A stretch of 64,000 nucleotides of DNA, taken from the NCBI RefSeq assembly GCF_009914755.1, contig NC_060925.1; one strand, given 5' to 3'. A program made the translations under genes and the position numbers. Below, in pieces: positions 24,300 through 37,980 of the stretch. How positions within the stretch are numbered: the stretch's first letter is position 1; each line of letters starts with the position of its first letter. This stretch comes from the human T2T-CHM13v2.0 reference genome, Homo sapiens. The notes below the pieces were generated by a model that worked only from the letters and a program-made list of their open reading frames with translations, had not been told where the DNA came from and made no database searches.

Positions 24300-27200
24300 T
24301 TTTACTGATTTTTATTTTAGGTTCATGGGGTACATGTGCATTATTTTTATACTGGTAAATTATATGTTGCTGAGGTTTAGTATACAAATGATCCTGTCAC
24401 CCAGAGGGTGAATGTAGTACCTAATAGGTAGTTTTTCAACCCGTAATTCCCTCTCTCCCTTCTCTAGTAGTCCTCAATGTCTATTGTTCTTATATTTATA
24501 TTCATGTTTACTCAATGTATAGCTCCCACTTATTAGTGAAAACATGCGATATTTGGTTTTCTCTTTCTGTATGAATTCACTTAGAATAATGTCCTCCAGC
24601 TACATTCATGGACTGAAGAAGACATGATTTTCTTCCTTTTTATGGCTGTGTGTGTAGTATTCCACAGTGTAAGTTTACTACATATTTTTATCCAATCCAC
24701 TGTTGATGGAAATCTAGGTTGATTCTACATCTTTGTTATTTTGAATAGAGCTGCAATTAACATGTGTGCATTTGTCTTTTTTGTAGAATGACTTACTTTC
24801 ATTTGGATGTGTACCCAGTAGTGGGATTACTAGGTTGAATGATAACTGTTTTAAGTTCTTTGAGAAATCTCCACACTGCTTTCTGTAGTTGCTGAACTAA
24901 ATTACATTTCTACCAACAATGTATAAGTGTTCCCTTTTCTCTGCAGTCTTGCCAACATCTGTTATTTTTTGACTTTCTAGTAATAGCCATTTTGACTGGT
25001 GTGAGATAGTATCTCATTGTGGCTTTGATTTGCATTTCTCTAATGATTAGTGATATTGAGCATTTATTCATATATTTGTTGACAGCATGTATGTCTTCTT
25101 TCGAGACATGTCTGTTCACGTCTTTTGCCTGTTTTTTAACGGGATTGTTTGTTTTTGCCTATTAAATTATTTAAGTCAGGTGGTGTGATGCCTACAGCTT
25201 TGCTCTTTTTGCTTAGGATTCCTTTGGATATTTGGGTTCTTTTTTGGTTTCATATGAATTTTAGAATAATGGTTTCTAATTCATTGGAAAGTGATGTTTA
25301 TGATTTGACAGGAATAACATGGAATCTGTAAATTGCTTTTGGCAGGATGGCCATTTTAACAATATTGGTTCCTGCTATCCATGAGCATAGAATATTTTTC
25401 CATTTGTTTGTGATGTCTCTTATTTTTTTCCAGTAGTGTTTTGTAATTCTCATTGTAGAGATCCTTCACCTTGGTTATCTGTATTCCTAGGTATTTTATT
25501 CTTTTTGCGGCTACTGTGAATAAAATTGCATTCTTCATTTGGCTCTCAGCTTGGACATTATGGATGTATAGAAATGCAATTAATTTTTGTACATTGATTT
25601 GGTATCCTAAAACTTTTCTGAAGCCATTTATCAGTTCTAGGAGGCTTTTGGCAGAGTCCATAGCATTTTCTAAGTCTAGAATAATATCTTCTTTGAAAGA
25701 GATTGCTTGACTTCCTCCCTTATTATCTGGATGACTTTTATTTCTTTCTCTTGCCTGGTTGCCCTGGCTGAGACTTCCAGTACGGTGATGAATAGGAGTA
25801 GTGGAATTTGACATTCTTGTCTTGTTCCAGTTCTCAAGTGGAAATGCTTTGAGCTTTTGCCCATTTAGTATGATATTGGCTGTGTGTTTGTCATAGATGG
25901 CTCTTATTATTTTGAGGTATGTTCCTTAGATGCTTATATTTGTTGAAAGTTTTTAACATGAAGGGATGTTGAATTTTATGAAAAGCCTTTCTGTGTCTAT
26001 TGAGATGATAATGTAGATTTTGTTTTTAATTCTGCTTCTGTGGTGGATCACATTTATTGACTTCTTTATGTTGAACCAACTTTGCATTCCAAAAATAAAG
26101 CCTACTTCATCATGGTGAATTAATTTTTGATGTACTGCTGGATTCAATTTGCAACTACTTTGTTGATGACTATATTCATCAGGGTTACTGGCTTGAAGAT
26201 TCCATTTATTGTTACATCTCTGCCAGGTTTTGGTATCAGAATGATGCTGGCCTCTGAGAATGAGTTAGGCAGGAGGCCCTTCTCCTTGATTTTTTGGAAT
26301 AATTTTAGTAGGGCTGCTACTAGCTCTTCTTTGTACATCTGGTGGAAGTCAGATATGAATTCATCTGGTCCAGGGCTTCATTGGTTTGTAGGTCTTTTGG
26401 AACTCATTATTGGTGTCTTCAGGATATAACTTCTTCCTGGTTCAATCTTAAAGGGTTGTGTGTTTCCAGGAATGTATTCATCTTGTCTAGATTTTTTAGT
26501 TTGTGTGCATAAAGGTGTTCGTAATAGTCCCTGGGAATTTTTTGCATTTTGGGGGGTGAGTTGTAACGTCACTTTTGTCATTTCTCATTGTGCTTATTTA
26601 GATCTCTCTTATTTTCTTTATTAATCTAGCTAGTGGTTTATCAGTCTTGTTTATTCTTTCAAAGAACAAGTTTTGGGTATGGTTGATCTTTTGAATTTAT
26701 ATTCACTTGTCAATTTCATTCAGTTTGGTTCAGATTATGGTGATTTCTTTTCTGCTGCTAGCTTTGTGGTTGGTTTACTTTTGCTTTACTAGTTCTTGGT
26801 GCAATGTTATGTTTTCATTTGAGATCTTTTTAACATTTTGTTATAGGTGTTTAGCACTATAAACTTTTGTCTTAACACTACATTAGCTGTGTCTCAAAGA
26901 TTTTAGTATGTTGTGTCTTGATTTTCATTTGTCTGAAAGAATTTTTTTACTTCCGCCTTAATTTTGTTCTTTATTCAAAAATCAGTCATGAGCAAGTTTT
27001 TAAGAGATCTTCTGGGAACTTGAGAGATCTTCTTGGTATTGATTTCTATTTTTATTACACTGTGATCTGAGAGTGTAGTTGGTATAATTTCAGTTTTTTA
27101 TATTTTGTTGAGACTTGCTTTATAGCCAAGTATGTCATCTCTCTTATAGTATGTTCCATGTGTAGGTGAGAAGAATGAATATTCTATTGTTGTTGAGTAG

Positions 27201-29250
27201 AATATTCTGGAGATGGACTATTAGGCCCAATTGTTCAAGTGTTGAATTTAAGTCCAGTATATCTTTGTTTGCTTTGTGCCTCAATTATCTCTCTAATACT
27301 GTCAGTGGGGTGTTGAAGTCTCCCACTTTTATTGTGTAGTTATCTAAGTATCTTTGTAGGTCTCTAAGAAGATGTTTTATAAATCTGAGTGCTCAATGTT
27401 GGGTACCTATAAATTTATAATAGTTGAGTCTTATTGAACACTTTATTATTCTATAATGTCCTTCTTTGTCTTTTTTGATCATTGTTGGTTTAACATCTGT
27501 TTTATATAAGAATAGCAACCCCTACCTCTTTTTTGTTGTTTGACTAATAGATCTTACTCCATCCCTTTACTTTGAACTTATAGGTGTCATTACATTTGAG
27601 ATGAATCTCTTGAAGACAGAGGAAAGTTGGGTCTTACCTCTTTATCCAGCGTGCCACTCTATACTTTTCTAGTAGGAGCATTTAGCTTGTTTACAATTAA
27701 AGTCATTATTGATATGTGAGGATTTGATCCTGTCATTGTGTTGTTAGCTGTTTGTTATGTAGACCTGATTGTACAGTTGCTTTAGAGTATCAGTCAGCTA
27801 TGGACTCAAGTGTGTTTTTGAGGTATCATGTGTTTTTTTCATTTGCATGTTTAGAACTCCCTTAAGGAACTCTTGTAAGGCAAGTCTAGTGGTAATAAAT
27901 TATCTTAGTGTTTGCTTTCTGAAAAGGATTTTATTTCTCTTTGCTTACGAAGCTTAGTTTGGTGAGATATTAAATTCTTGGTTAGAACTTCTTTTCCTTA
28001 AGGATGCTAAAAAAGAGACCCTCAATCTCTGCTGGCTTGTACAGTTTCTGCTGAAAGGTCTGCTTGTGGCTTGATGGGTTTCCCTCTATAAGTCACCTTC
28101 TCCTTCTTAGCTGCTTTTAATGTGTGTGTGTGTGTGTGCGCGCGCATGTTGACATTGGAGAATCTGATGACTGTGTCTTTGGTGGATGGCTGTCTTATAT
28201 AGTATCTCATAGAGGTTCTTTGAATTTCTTTAATTTGCATGTTGACTTCTCCACTGAAACCGGCAAAACTTTTATGGAATTCAAGTGTATTTTCCAAGTT
28301 GCTTACTCTCTCTCCTCCTCTTTCAGGAATGCCAGTGAGTCATAGATTTAGTCTATTTATATAATTCCATATTTCTTGGAGGACTGTTCATTTTTTAAGT
28401 TTATTTTTTTCTGCCTATGTCTATTCAAAATAATTGTCTTTAAGCTCGGAGATTCTTCCTTCAGCTTGGTCTATTCTGCTAATGTTTCCAATTGCATTAT
28501 AAAATCCCTAGAGTTAACTTTTTATTTTCAAAAATTCAGTTTGTTTCTTTTTAAAACATAGCTATGTCATCTTTCAATTGTTGGATTGCTTTACTGTTTT
28601 CTTTTTATTGGATTTTAAGGTTATCCTGTGTCTCATTGAGCCTCCTTGCCATCCAGATTCTGAATTCTGTATCTGTCATTTCAGCCATTTCAATCTGGTT
28701 AAAAACCATTGCTGGGGAGCTACTGCAACTTTTTGGAGATAAGAAGACATTCAGGCTTTTGGAGCTGCCAGAATTCTTGTCCTGGCATTTTTCCTCATCT
28801 GTAAGGGCTAATGTTCTTTCAGTCTTTGAAGGTGCTGTCCTTTGGTTGGCACATTTTGTTTTTATGTTCTTTATTGCTTCAGGATTTGACTGTAGTATAA
28901 ATTGGGTTTAGTTAATTGGCTTCATTTCTGGATACTTCCAGAGGGTCAAGGCTCAGCTTGGTGCTCTTGGGCTGGATGCTCTAACCCTGGGGTTGGGACC
29001 AGGCCCACGGCTTTGCCCTCTGGCTCCTCAAGACATAGCACCAGGTGTACTGGGATAGCTGAGGTAGTATGGGCTGCTGGCACAGTGCTCTATTGCGGGC
29101 CACGAGCAACAGTGCTCCAGTGGGGCAGTGATGGGGATGTGGGAAATAGCCTTCTGGTGAAGCAGTAGTGGCTCTGAGAGCAAGAGCACTCCAGCAGGGC
29201 AGTGCAGGCAGGCAGTAAATCAGCTGAGTGGCAGGGGTTCCATGGGGGAA
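24300..29250 (-). mobile_element. L1PA15/L1PA16-like LINE-1, about 5 kb (3'UTR, ORF2, ORF1, part of 5'UTR) with an internal deletion
   Basis: 3'UTR ggggtacatgtgca...atcctgtcacccag...tagtacctaataggtagttttt. Minus ORFs give ORF2 pieces ([32 protein letters not shown]; [20 protein letters not shown]; IKYLGIQITK) and ORF1 (VTYRGKPIKPQADLSAETVQASRD). Confidence 0.93.
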
Positions 29251-29779
29251 AAAAAAAACACACTTTGACAAGGGGCCTTTAAGAAAAGCACTTCAGTGTA
29301 GCAGCGGGGCCTGTACTTTTTTTTATTTAGTTTTTTATGTAAATTTTCTTTCTGTTTTCAATTTGGATTATCTCAATCAGGATTTACTATTAAAAATTAA
29401 GAGGTGTTTCTTCCATGTTTTATGATTTTAAAAAATTTAAGTCACATTGGAATTATAAGGTTGATTTTAACCAAGTTATAAAATGATATGGGCCTGATCG
29501 ACTTTGTTGAATTGTAGAAATTCTGCAATATTGTTTGCGGTCTATTCAAATATCTACCTTTTATCAATATAAGAGTTTGTATTTTGCTAGAAAGTCATCT
29601 ATTAACTCTACATTCTTAAATATGGTGTCGCATAATCGCACGTAATTCCTTATTATTAATTTATATTACTTTCACAAATTTAATTATATATTTGTTTTTC
29701 CAAATGAGATACTGTATTTCTCTATATCTTTCTTTTGAAACTCTCAACATTCCGTTGATTTTATTTCATTGTTTAGAAA

Positions 29780-31905
29780 TTTTTCTGATCACTAATTATC
29801 TCTGCCATATTTGAGTCTATTTCTGATGCTTGCTCTATGTCTTCAGATTGTGTTTTTTATATTTTAATATGCCTTCTTTTTAATTGAAACCCAGCTATGA
29901 TGTACCCAGTACTGGTTTCATCATTTGTGTTTAATTCTGTGCTGCTTCTCTGGCAAGCTGTGATTCTCTGTATCCACCTATTTATTTCTCTGATTTAGAG
30001 AGTAGTGCTTTTCCTTTTACCACAATTCACTGATTAATCTCAGAAGAGTTGTTGATTTTTAGCTCTTCATATTTTTTTCATGCTGTAAGAATGGGAAGGA
30101 TAGCTCCCTAACGTGCCAGACTGGGAATCAGAAGTCTCAATTTTTCATTTCTAAAAGATAATTTTACTGGATACAAAATTCTATGATGATGGATTTTTTT
30201 TTGTCTTCCAACATTTCAAATATTTCAGTCCATCTTTCATTTTTTTTTTGCATTGATTTTGATGAGAAGTCTAATCCTTATGTGTGTTCTTCTATGGGTG
30301 AAGAGGACTTGCCCATTGACTTCATTCAAGATTCTGTCTTTAATTTTCTGCCTTTTCTGTCTTTAATTTAATTATATTAAAATATAATTTTAAACTTATA
30401 TTTAGTTTTAAATATAATATGCGCTAGTGTACATATTTTGGCATATATCCTGTTTGGAATTTTCTGGTTTTGTTTTCTGTAATTAGTTTTGGAAAATTCT
30501 GATCCTTTATTACTTCAAATATTTCTTCTTCTCCTTCCTCTCTTCTCCTTTTGATATTTTCATTATCCATATGTTATACTTCTTGTCATAGTGCTGCAAT
30601 TCATGGATATTTTGTTTCATATTTAAATTATTTTTTCTCTTCACTTTTCAGCTGGGAAAGTCTCTACCAACACATTTTCAAACTCACTGATTCTTTGCTC
30701 AGCCATTTCCAGTGTAGTGATTATCAGATCAAAGGAATTCTTCATTTCTGTCACAGTGTTTTGATTTTTAGCTCTTCCATTTGATTTTACCTACATTGCT
30801 CATTGCCCATCTATTCTTGCATATTGTCCACTTTTTCCATAAAAGTCTCCAATATATTAGCCACAATTATTTTAAATTTTCAGTCTGGTAATTCTAAAAT
30901 CTCTGCCATGTATAAGTTTGGTTACAATGCTGCTTTGTCTCTTCAGACTGTTATTTTTGTATTTTGTTTTTGTTTTTGCTGTTTATCCTAACTTTTAATT
31001 TTTTGTTGAAAGCTGAATATAATGTTTGATAAATGAAACTGAAATAAACAGATCTCTCATGTAAGGACTTACGTTTATCTAAGTCATTGTTTGCTGTTTT
31101 TGTAGGAGTAAGAGGTTAAAATTTTCTCTAATGCCCTGGTTTTTGCCTCTTATGTCCTCTTTAGATTTCCCTACAGACTAATTCCTAAATAAGGTCTGGG
31201 CCACACAGTTCTTTTCACCTATAATTCTTTCTTTATACAGGACTCCTATTTATGTGGTGATATGGTATTGAGGGAGGGGAAACATTCTTTGTTCCTGTGA
31301 TTAGTTATCATTCTTCTCCTGGGCCTCTTACCCACACTGTGACCTTCACAAGTGCTTCTCAGCTTCCTCACTGCCTTGTTAGTAGGACCGAACGCTGGAA
31401 TTGGGAATTTCCCTTTCCCCATGTCAAAGATTAGAGGGGGCTCAATTTGGGTATTTATTTCCCCCCTTAATCAATTAGGATCAGGTAAAATAAGATCCCT
31501 TCAGGGAAACCCTTTATTAATGACAAAAGAATGCTCTGGGTGTATTTCAAAATGGTTACTCCCCCCTCACCTCCTGTTGCAAGCATTAGGACATATTGTC
31601 TTTTATCATCACCCTGATAAACAGGTCTAGCTCCTGGAGATAGAACTCATGAATGTTTGTAGGTACCTGCTAAGGTGTGGCACCTATGAACTATGTCTCA
31701 AGCTAGATTACACTCCATCTCCAGCAATTAATCAATTACCCTGCAAGTGTTTCTCCCAGTCTCTGGCCTGGTATCTCCCAGCTGCACCTTCTCCTCTCTG
31801 TGCATTTTGATTCTCTGTAGTCACCTGTCTCTAAATTCTAGGACTGAAGTTATTAAGAGGTGTTGATTTTCAATCTGTTAGCTTTTCTCTCATGAGAATG
31901 GAGTG
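29780..31905 (-). mobile_element. Old L1MC/L1MD-type ORF1 and 5'-end fragments (two adjacent pieces, junction about 30140)
   Basis: Both pieces carry tctgccat...tgctgctttgtctcttcagactgt and agttgttgatttt...tgagaatgg blocks; the first ends in gccagactgggaatcagaagtctc (antisense L1MC 5' terminus). Confidence 0.65.
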
Positions 31906-31909
31906 AAGA

Positions 31910-32136
31910 GATTCTGTCCAAGATGGCCGAATAGGAACAGCTCCAGTCTACATCTCCCAGCGTGAGCGACGCAGAAGATGGGTGATTTCTGCATTTCCAA
32001 CTGAGGTACCGGGTTCATCTCACTGGGGCTCGTTAGACAGTGGGCACAGGACAGTGGGTGCAGCCCACCGACCATGAGCTGAAGCAGGGCGAGTCATCGC
32101 CTCACCGGGGAAGCACAAGGGGTCAGAGAATTCCCT
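31910..32136 (+). mobile_element. Isolated first ~220 bp of an L1PA4/5-like 5'UTR (internal promoter with YY1 site)
   Basis: ccaagatggccgaataggaacagctccagtctacatctcccagcgtgagcgacgcagaagatgggtgatttctgcatttccaactgaggtaccggg...; homology stops at gaattccct and no ORF1/ORF2 follows. Confidence 0.93.
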
Positions 32137-33649
32137 GTACATGAAAGTTACCTCCACCAATACAACACAACTATTTTACTCAAAATATTCATGGTTTTCT
32201 AAATGATCAGAGGTTTCAAAAACTGTATTTGTGAATATATCTATTAGCGGTATATTAAAAAGGATCATGACCAATGCTAGATAGACATTGGAAAGTTTGT
32301 TATCCAATGAAGTAAATTGTTCTTAGAGTTATAAGTAAAACCTACCACCAGAAAAGCTAAATAAAATGAGAATAAATGAGAAGTTTTAAATCTAGAATAA
32401 AGAGAATAGTTGTTTTTAAATAGTTTTGACCTTAGCGGAAAACACATGGAGTAAATATTGTCCAGACCTAATAATTATTCAGCAAAAATGTAAATGCAAT
32501 CTAAAGACCTAGATGTAACATTGTGTTCTTTTATCATCCATATGTTTTTCAAGAAACATATTACATATTGAAAAGCATGGTCAGGTAGGCAGAGTTTGGC
32601 AAAATGCAAATAGGAAAGAAACATGCTACTTCAAGTAATAACAAGTTCTTGCTATTCTTAGAAGGAATTCTTTCCATGTAAGTTTTCTTTAGTTATATTG
32701 GGGATTGCTGATATTAAATACTGCCTAGTTTTCATGAATATACTACATCAGGATGGGCTGCCCTTTAAAACGTTGCAGAAGTTGAATATGAATGCCCATC
32801 AGGTATTCCTTGTGCAACAGTTAGTTTAGTTAATGCAACAATTTTTACCGCAAATACATTTATAGCCCTGGCCTGCCAATATCAGTTTTGTCTCAAGAAT
32901 ATGTCATTTTTTTTTACAGAAAATACAAATGCTACTGTAAAATTTTTGCAGACCTTGACAAGAAAAGTTGTTAAAACTTTCATGGTCTAACCTTCCACTT
33001 TTCTTGTGCTGTCACCTGAAATCTTGTGGTAATCAAGTCACAAAAATGGTCCCCATAAAATTTTCAGATGTGTGACAATATTGAGTATATATCCAACATA
33101 TCTTGTTAACTGAATAACAATGCATCCTCCTATTTTGATATTTTTTTCCTATAAGAATTTAGCTAACATTACCCTCAAAGCTGTGTCTAAAAGTAAACAT
33201 TTCTTTCTAGATGCCTTTTCAACAACTGAAAAAGAGCAAGCACTTTAACAACAGGCCCTTGCAGAAAAGAAATCATCTCAATATAAATAAAGCTTGTGAA
33301 ATGTTCAAACTGCAGTACCTTTGTGACTTTAAGTCATGGAGCTCCCTTCAAATCTATCACTTAAACTGCAGGTACAGATGTATTTTTTAATTATAGTTCA
33401 ATCATTACACTGCCCAATTTACCAGATTAGATGTTTGCAAAGACATATCCACCCCCCCACCCCCCCCACACACAAAACAAGGTACATACATAAGGACCAA
33501 TGGATAATCTCTAGTCAATTTCAATATTATAGAACTGGAAATACATATCTAAAGTAACAAGTGAATTTCATTGGAAAATATATAGGACTATTTGCAATAA
33601 AATGGAAAGATGAAATATGAGTTGTAAAAGTTACTGACGTTTTTTAAAT

Positions 33650-33755
33650 CTTTAAAATGAGAGTAACCATGGCACTTATTTGAATGATGTGAAAAGAGTC
33701 AAGTGATATAAATATGTTAAGCTCTCAGTGCAGTATCTTGCTTAGAAGCCATCAG
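33650..33755 (+). mobile_element. MIR 3' fragment
   Basis: atctttaaaatgagagtaa...gtgatataaatatgttaagctctcagtgcagtatctt. Confidence 0.5.
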
Positions 33756-35330
33756 ACCTCACAATTTTTGATATCTGCAGTGCAATACTAAGTAAGTATT
33801 TTTATTGGATATCATTTTTTTAAAATTGTAACTGTTATTTGAACAATTATTATGTTGATGTTAATAATTCCTTAAGACAATTTTATTCACAGAATATTTG
33901 GTTTCCATTTTTATTTTCCCTGCACATACTGAAAAAGTCTAAAGCTATTTGGAGTTGAACACATATAAAAATTAATCCATTTAAAATCTCAATTCCTGCT
34001 ATGCACTGTACTCTTTATTACCTGAGGTATAGAAATTATTTGAAGGCTTTATATATTTGATAGTTAGTAGACCTCTTCTGATCACACAGCTCACATGGGA
34101 ATAGAGACCTCTGAAAATTAAGTGATCCTTATAATTACTATACCAGGGATGGTTTCTGTGCATACTTGGAAACAGGTAACGGTTTCTTTATGTTCTTTCC
34201 TCCCAGCCCATTGTCACTGAGGAAAGGTTTTGTAATTACCTGACCACAGTTTAAATAGATCATATCAGGAATTTAATATCTGTCATGTGCAGGGATAGAT
34301 AGCCTTCAATATAATTACTGGCACCTACTCTAATACAAAGTGTGAGAAGTGATCATGCCCCTTGATGAGATACATCTTCAAATTATATTCTCTCTCACCA
34401 TGGGCAGGAGAATATGATTATGGGCAGGAAAGAGATAGGGACAAAATAATGGAAAAATTATACATATCTCATTCTGCTTCCCCGAAAACAAATAAAAATT
34501 AATCAATAATGCATAAATAAGTAAACAGGTATAATTCAAATATCTTGACATTTTACATTTATCGGCATTTTTAATTGTCATTTCTTTCAGTAGGTATATG
34601 TTAAACCTCTATGAACAAGATGGGAACTGTTGTCTAATACTATCAGTAAAATTAATTTAAATATAAGGATATCATATATAAATTTTGTCTACTATTAAGC
34701 CATGCTTATATTGCAGATGTATTTGGTTTCGGTAACAAAATATTCTGCAAACTTCATCCTATATGGTCCCTTATCCTTGAAATAATTGTAATGTACAGAG
34801 AGATATATTATTTATGGCAAAATAAATGATCGAATACTTTCAATACATACAGAAGGAACCTTCAGAATTCACAAAAGAGTACTTCACAAGTGATGGTATT
34901 TCTAATATAGCTGCATATCTCTAGATTTGTATAGGAGTAAGACTATCGCTGCTAAAACAAATTACCACAAACGTCGTGGCTTAAAAGACAAATTTACTGT
35001 CTTACAATTCTGTAAGTTAGAAGTTCAACACAAGTCTTATTGGGCTAAAATAAAAGTGTTAGCAGGTTTTTTTTTTTTTTTTTTTTTTCTGGAAGCCCTA
35101 TAGGAAAATGTGTTCTCTTGTCTTTTTTTGCTTCTGGAAGTTACTCGCATTCCTTGAGTTTTAGTCTTCTCATTCCATGTCCAAAGACAGCAAGGGCAGG
35201 TTGAATTCGTTTCACATTGCAACATGATGGTATCTTCCATCATCACATCTCCCTTCAATTCAGACTTTCTTCCACTTTTAAGAACTCTTGTAATTACATC
35301 TGGCCCACCTAGACAACTTAGGAGACTCTC

Positions 35331-35635
35331 ACATGGATGAGGCTGGAAACCATCATTCTCAGCAAACTAACACAGGAACAGAAAACCAAACCCTGCATGT
35401 TCTTACTCGTAAGTGGGAGTTGAACAAAGAGAACACATGACCACAGGGAGGGGAACATCACACACCAGGGCCTCTCAGGGGGTGGTGGGCAAGGGGAGGG
35501 ATAGCATTAGGATAATAACTTAATGTAGATGATGGGTTGATGGGTGCAGCAAACCACCATGGCACATGTATACCTATGTAACAAACCTGCTCGCTCTGTA
35601 CATGTATCCCAGAACTTAAGGTATAATTTAAAGAA
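35331..35635 (+). mobile_element. 5'-truncated L1PA7/8-like 3' end
   Basis: acatggatgaggctggaaaccatcattctcagcaaactaacacaggaacagaaaacc...gatgggttgatgggtgcagcaaaccaccatggcacatg...agaacttaaggtataat. Confidence 0.92.
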
Positions 35636-35648
35636 GCTGGTTGATTAG

Positions 35649-36070
35649 TGTATTAGTTATGGTTCTCCAGAGAAACATAGCCAATAAGATATGTGTATCT
35701 ACAGAGATACAGATTTAATTTTAGGAATTGGCACATGCAATGTGGAGACTGGAAAATTTGATATCTGAAGGATAGGCCAAGAAACTGAAGGAGACCCAGG
35801 GAAGAGTTGATGTTGCAGCTCCAGTTTTCAAGCAGTCTGGAGTGGAATCCCCTCTTCCTCAGAAGATGTCAGTCTTTTTCTTCTTAAGGCCTTCAGCTGA
35901 TTGGAGGAGGTCCGCCCATATTATGGAAAGGTATAAGCTTACCTGAAAGTCCACAGATTTAAATGTTATCCTCATCTAAAAATTACTTTCACAGAATATC
36001 TAGACTGGTATTTGACCAAATATTTGGATACCTTGGCCTAGCCAAGCTGACTTATAAAATAAACCATCAA
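35649..36070 (-). mobile_element. MLT2 (ERVL) solo LTR, MLT2B-D-like
   Basis: tgtattagttatggttctccagagaaaca...ggaattggcacatgc...ttggcctagccaagctgacttataaaataaaccatca. Confidence 0.88.
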
Positions 36071-36583
36071 AAGAAGCAACCTTAATTTTTCTCTGCCATA
36101 CAGTCTAACAGGTCTGCAGGTTTCATGGTTTTAGGAGATTGGCAATTATTGTTGATCATTACTCTGCACATCACAGACAATGCACATGTGTGTGCACATA
36201 TGTAGGTGCATGCCTCTGTGCATTTGTCCTTCTCATTTGCCCAAAATTCCTTGTGCAATGCCTATGCACAGAAACTTAGGGCATAAATATGTTAAGTATG
36301 TCATTCCCCCCCACCCTTCCCCTAGTTTCTTCCTTCTTAACCTGCTGGAACAGTATAAATTTAATCTTTGATAATATGTCATTTTCATTTGCCAGTTTTA
36401 ACACTTCTCTTTTTATTGCTATTTTTGAGTATTTTTTCTCATGATTTGGAGTGTTTATCAACTTATAAACATTGTGAACTTGGGAAAATTACTTTGACCT
36501 TTCTGAAAATTGGTATCTTTATCAGTAAAATACACTCAATAATTATTGAGATTTTAGTGTAAATAAGTAACACAATACATGTA

Positions 36584-37980
36584 CACTTGACCTTTGAACA
36601 ACCTGGATTTGAGCTGCATGGGTCTAATTATGTGTATATTTTTTCCAATAAATATATTATAAAAACTTTTCCAGATTTGTGACAATGTGAAAAACTAGCA
36701 AGTATACTGCATAGTCTATACATATGTATTTAAAGCTTAAAAAATTATATATGTCATGAATGCATAAAATATATGTAGATACTCATCTGTTTTATCATTC
36801 ACTACTAGTCTATTTAATCTAATGAATGATACTATTTTACCATTATAAAATATACTAGTATCTATGGATACTATACTATCTATAATACTATAATCTATAA
36901 TGGTTAGTATCTGTAGATACTAGTCTATAATGTCTATAGATCTATATACTATAATACTGTAGCTACTACAGATACTAGTCTATTTTATCATCCACTTTCT
37001 CTTATAAAACATTAAAATTTATCAAAATATACATACACAAACACAGAGTGTAAATGGCATCACTTGCAGTAGAAACATAAACAAACATAAAGATGCAGTA
37101 TTAAATCATAACTGCATAAAATTAACTGTAGTACATACTCTACTACTGTCATAATGTTGTAGCCACCTTCTGTTCCTATTGCTGTGAGCTCAAGTGTTAC
37201 AAGTATCCACTTAAAATGCCATGTGATGCTAATCATCTCCACGGAAGCAGTTCTTTCTAACTGCATATCAACATAAAAGTGATGTCTTACAATTCTCACT
37301 TATTGTTAATCATGCTTAGTACACTACAGTAAACTTTGAATAACACCATGGGACTCATACAAAGTGCCACTAGTGATACTGGAAGTGCTCCTGAGAAGCA
37401 GAGAAAAATCATGACTTTACAAGAAAAAGTTGAGTTGCTTGATATGTACCATATATTGCAATCTGTGACAAGGATTGGTAATCTAGAGAAATATTTTTAG
37501 AGAAATGGAAAAGCAGAAACTCGGAAAAAATTATGATGTGTTTCTGTCAAATCACACAAAGTATGCCCATCTCTCCTGCCTCTTTTTCACCTGTTTTACC
37601 TTTCCTGCCTCTGCCCACCTCTGAGACAACAAGACCAACCCATACTTTTCTTCTTAGTCCTCAGGCGACTCAATGTAAAGACAATGAAAGTTAAGATCTT
37701 TATGATGATCCACTTCCAATTACTGAATATTAAATATATTTTCTTTTACTTATGATTTTCTTAACAACATCTTCATTTCTCTAGCGTTCTTTATTGTAAG
37801 AGTGATTTATGCAATGCGTATAAACATACAAAATATGGTTAACTGTTTATGTTATCTATAAGACTTCCAGTCAACAGCAGGCTATTGGTAAAGCTTTTAG
37901 GGAGTAAAACCTTCTATGCATATTTTTGACTGTATGGAAAGTCTGCATTCCTAACCCCTGTGTTGTTCAAGGGTCAACGG
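36584..37980 (+). mobile_element. Tigger2-family DNA transposon, internally deleted
   Basis: TA|cacttgacctttgaacaac ... gttgttcaagggtcaacgg|TA TIRs; transposase N-terminus from 37348: MGLIQSATSDTGSAPEKQRKIMTLQEKVELLDMY. Confidence 0.9.

Larger units (their letters stand above)
34928..36175 (-). mobile_element. MLT1D-like MaLR LTR split by two later insertions
   Basis: aacaaattaccacaaacgtcgtggcttaaa...tggcccacctagacaacttaggagactctc (to 35330); resumes gcaaccttaatt...cattactctgcacatcaca (36076-36175). Confidence 0.8.

Noticed and set aside
24910-28911. Cluster of 60-150 aa ORFs
   Set aside because: These are broken L1 ORF2/ORF1 pieces and their antisense frames.
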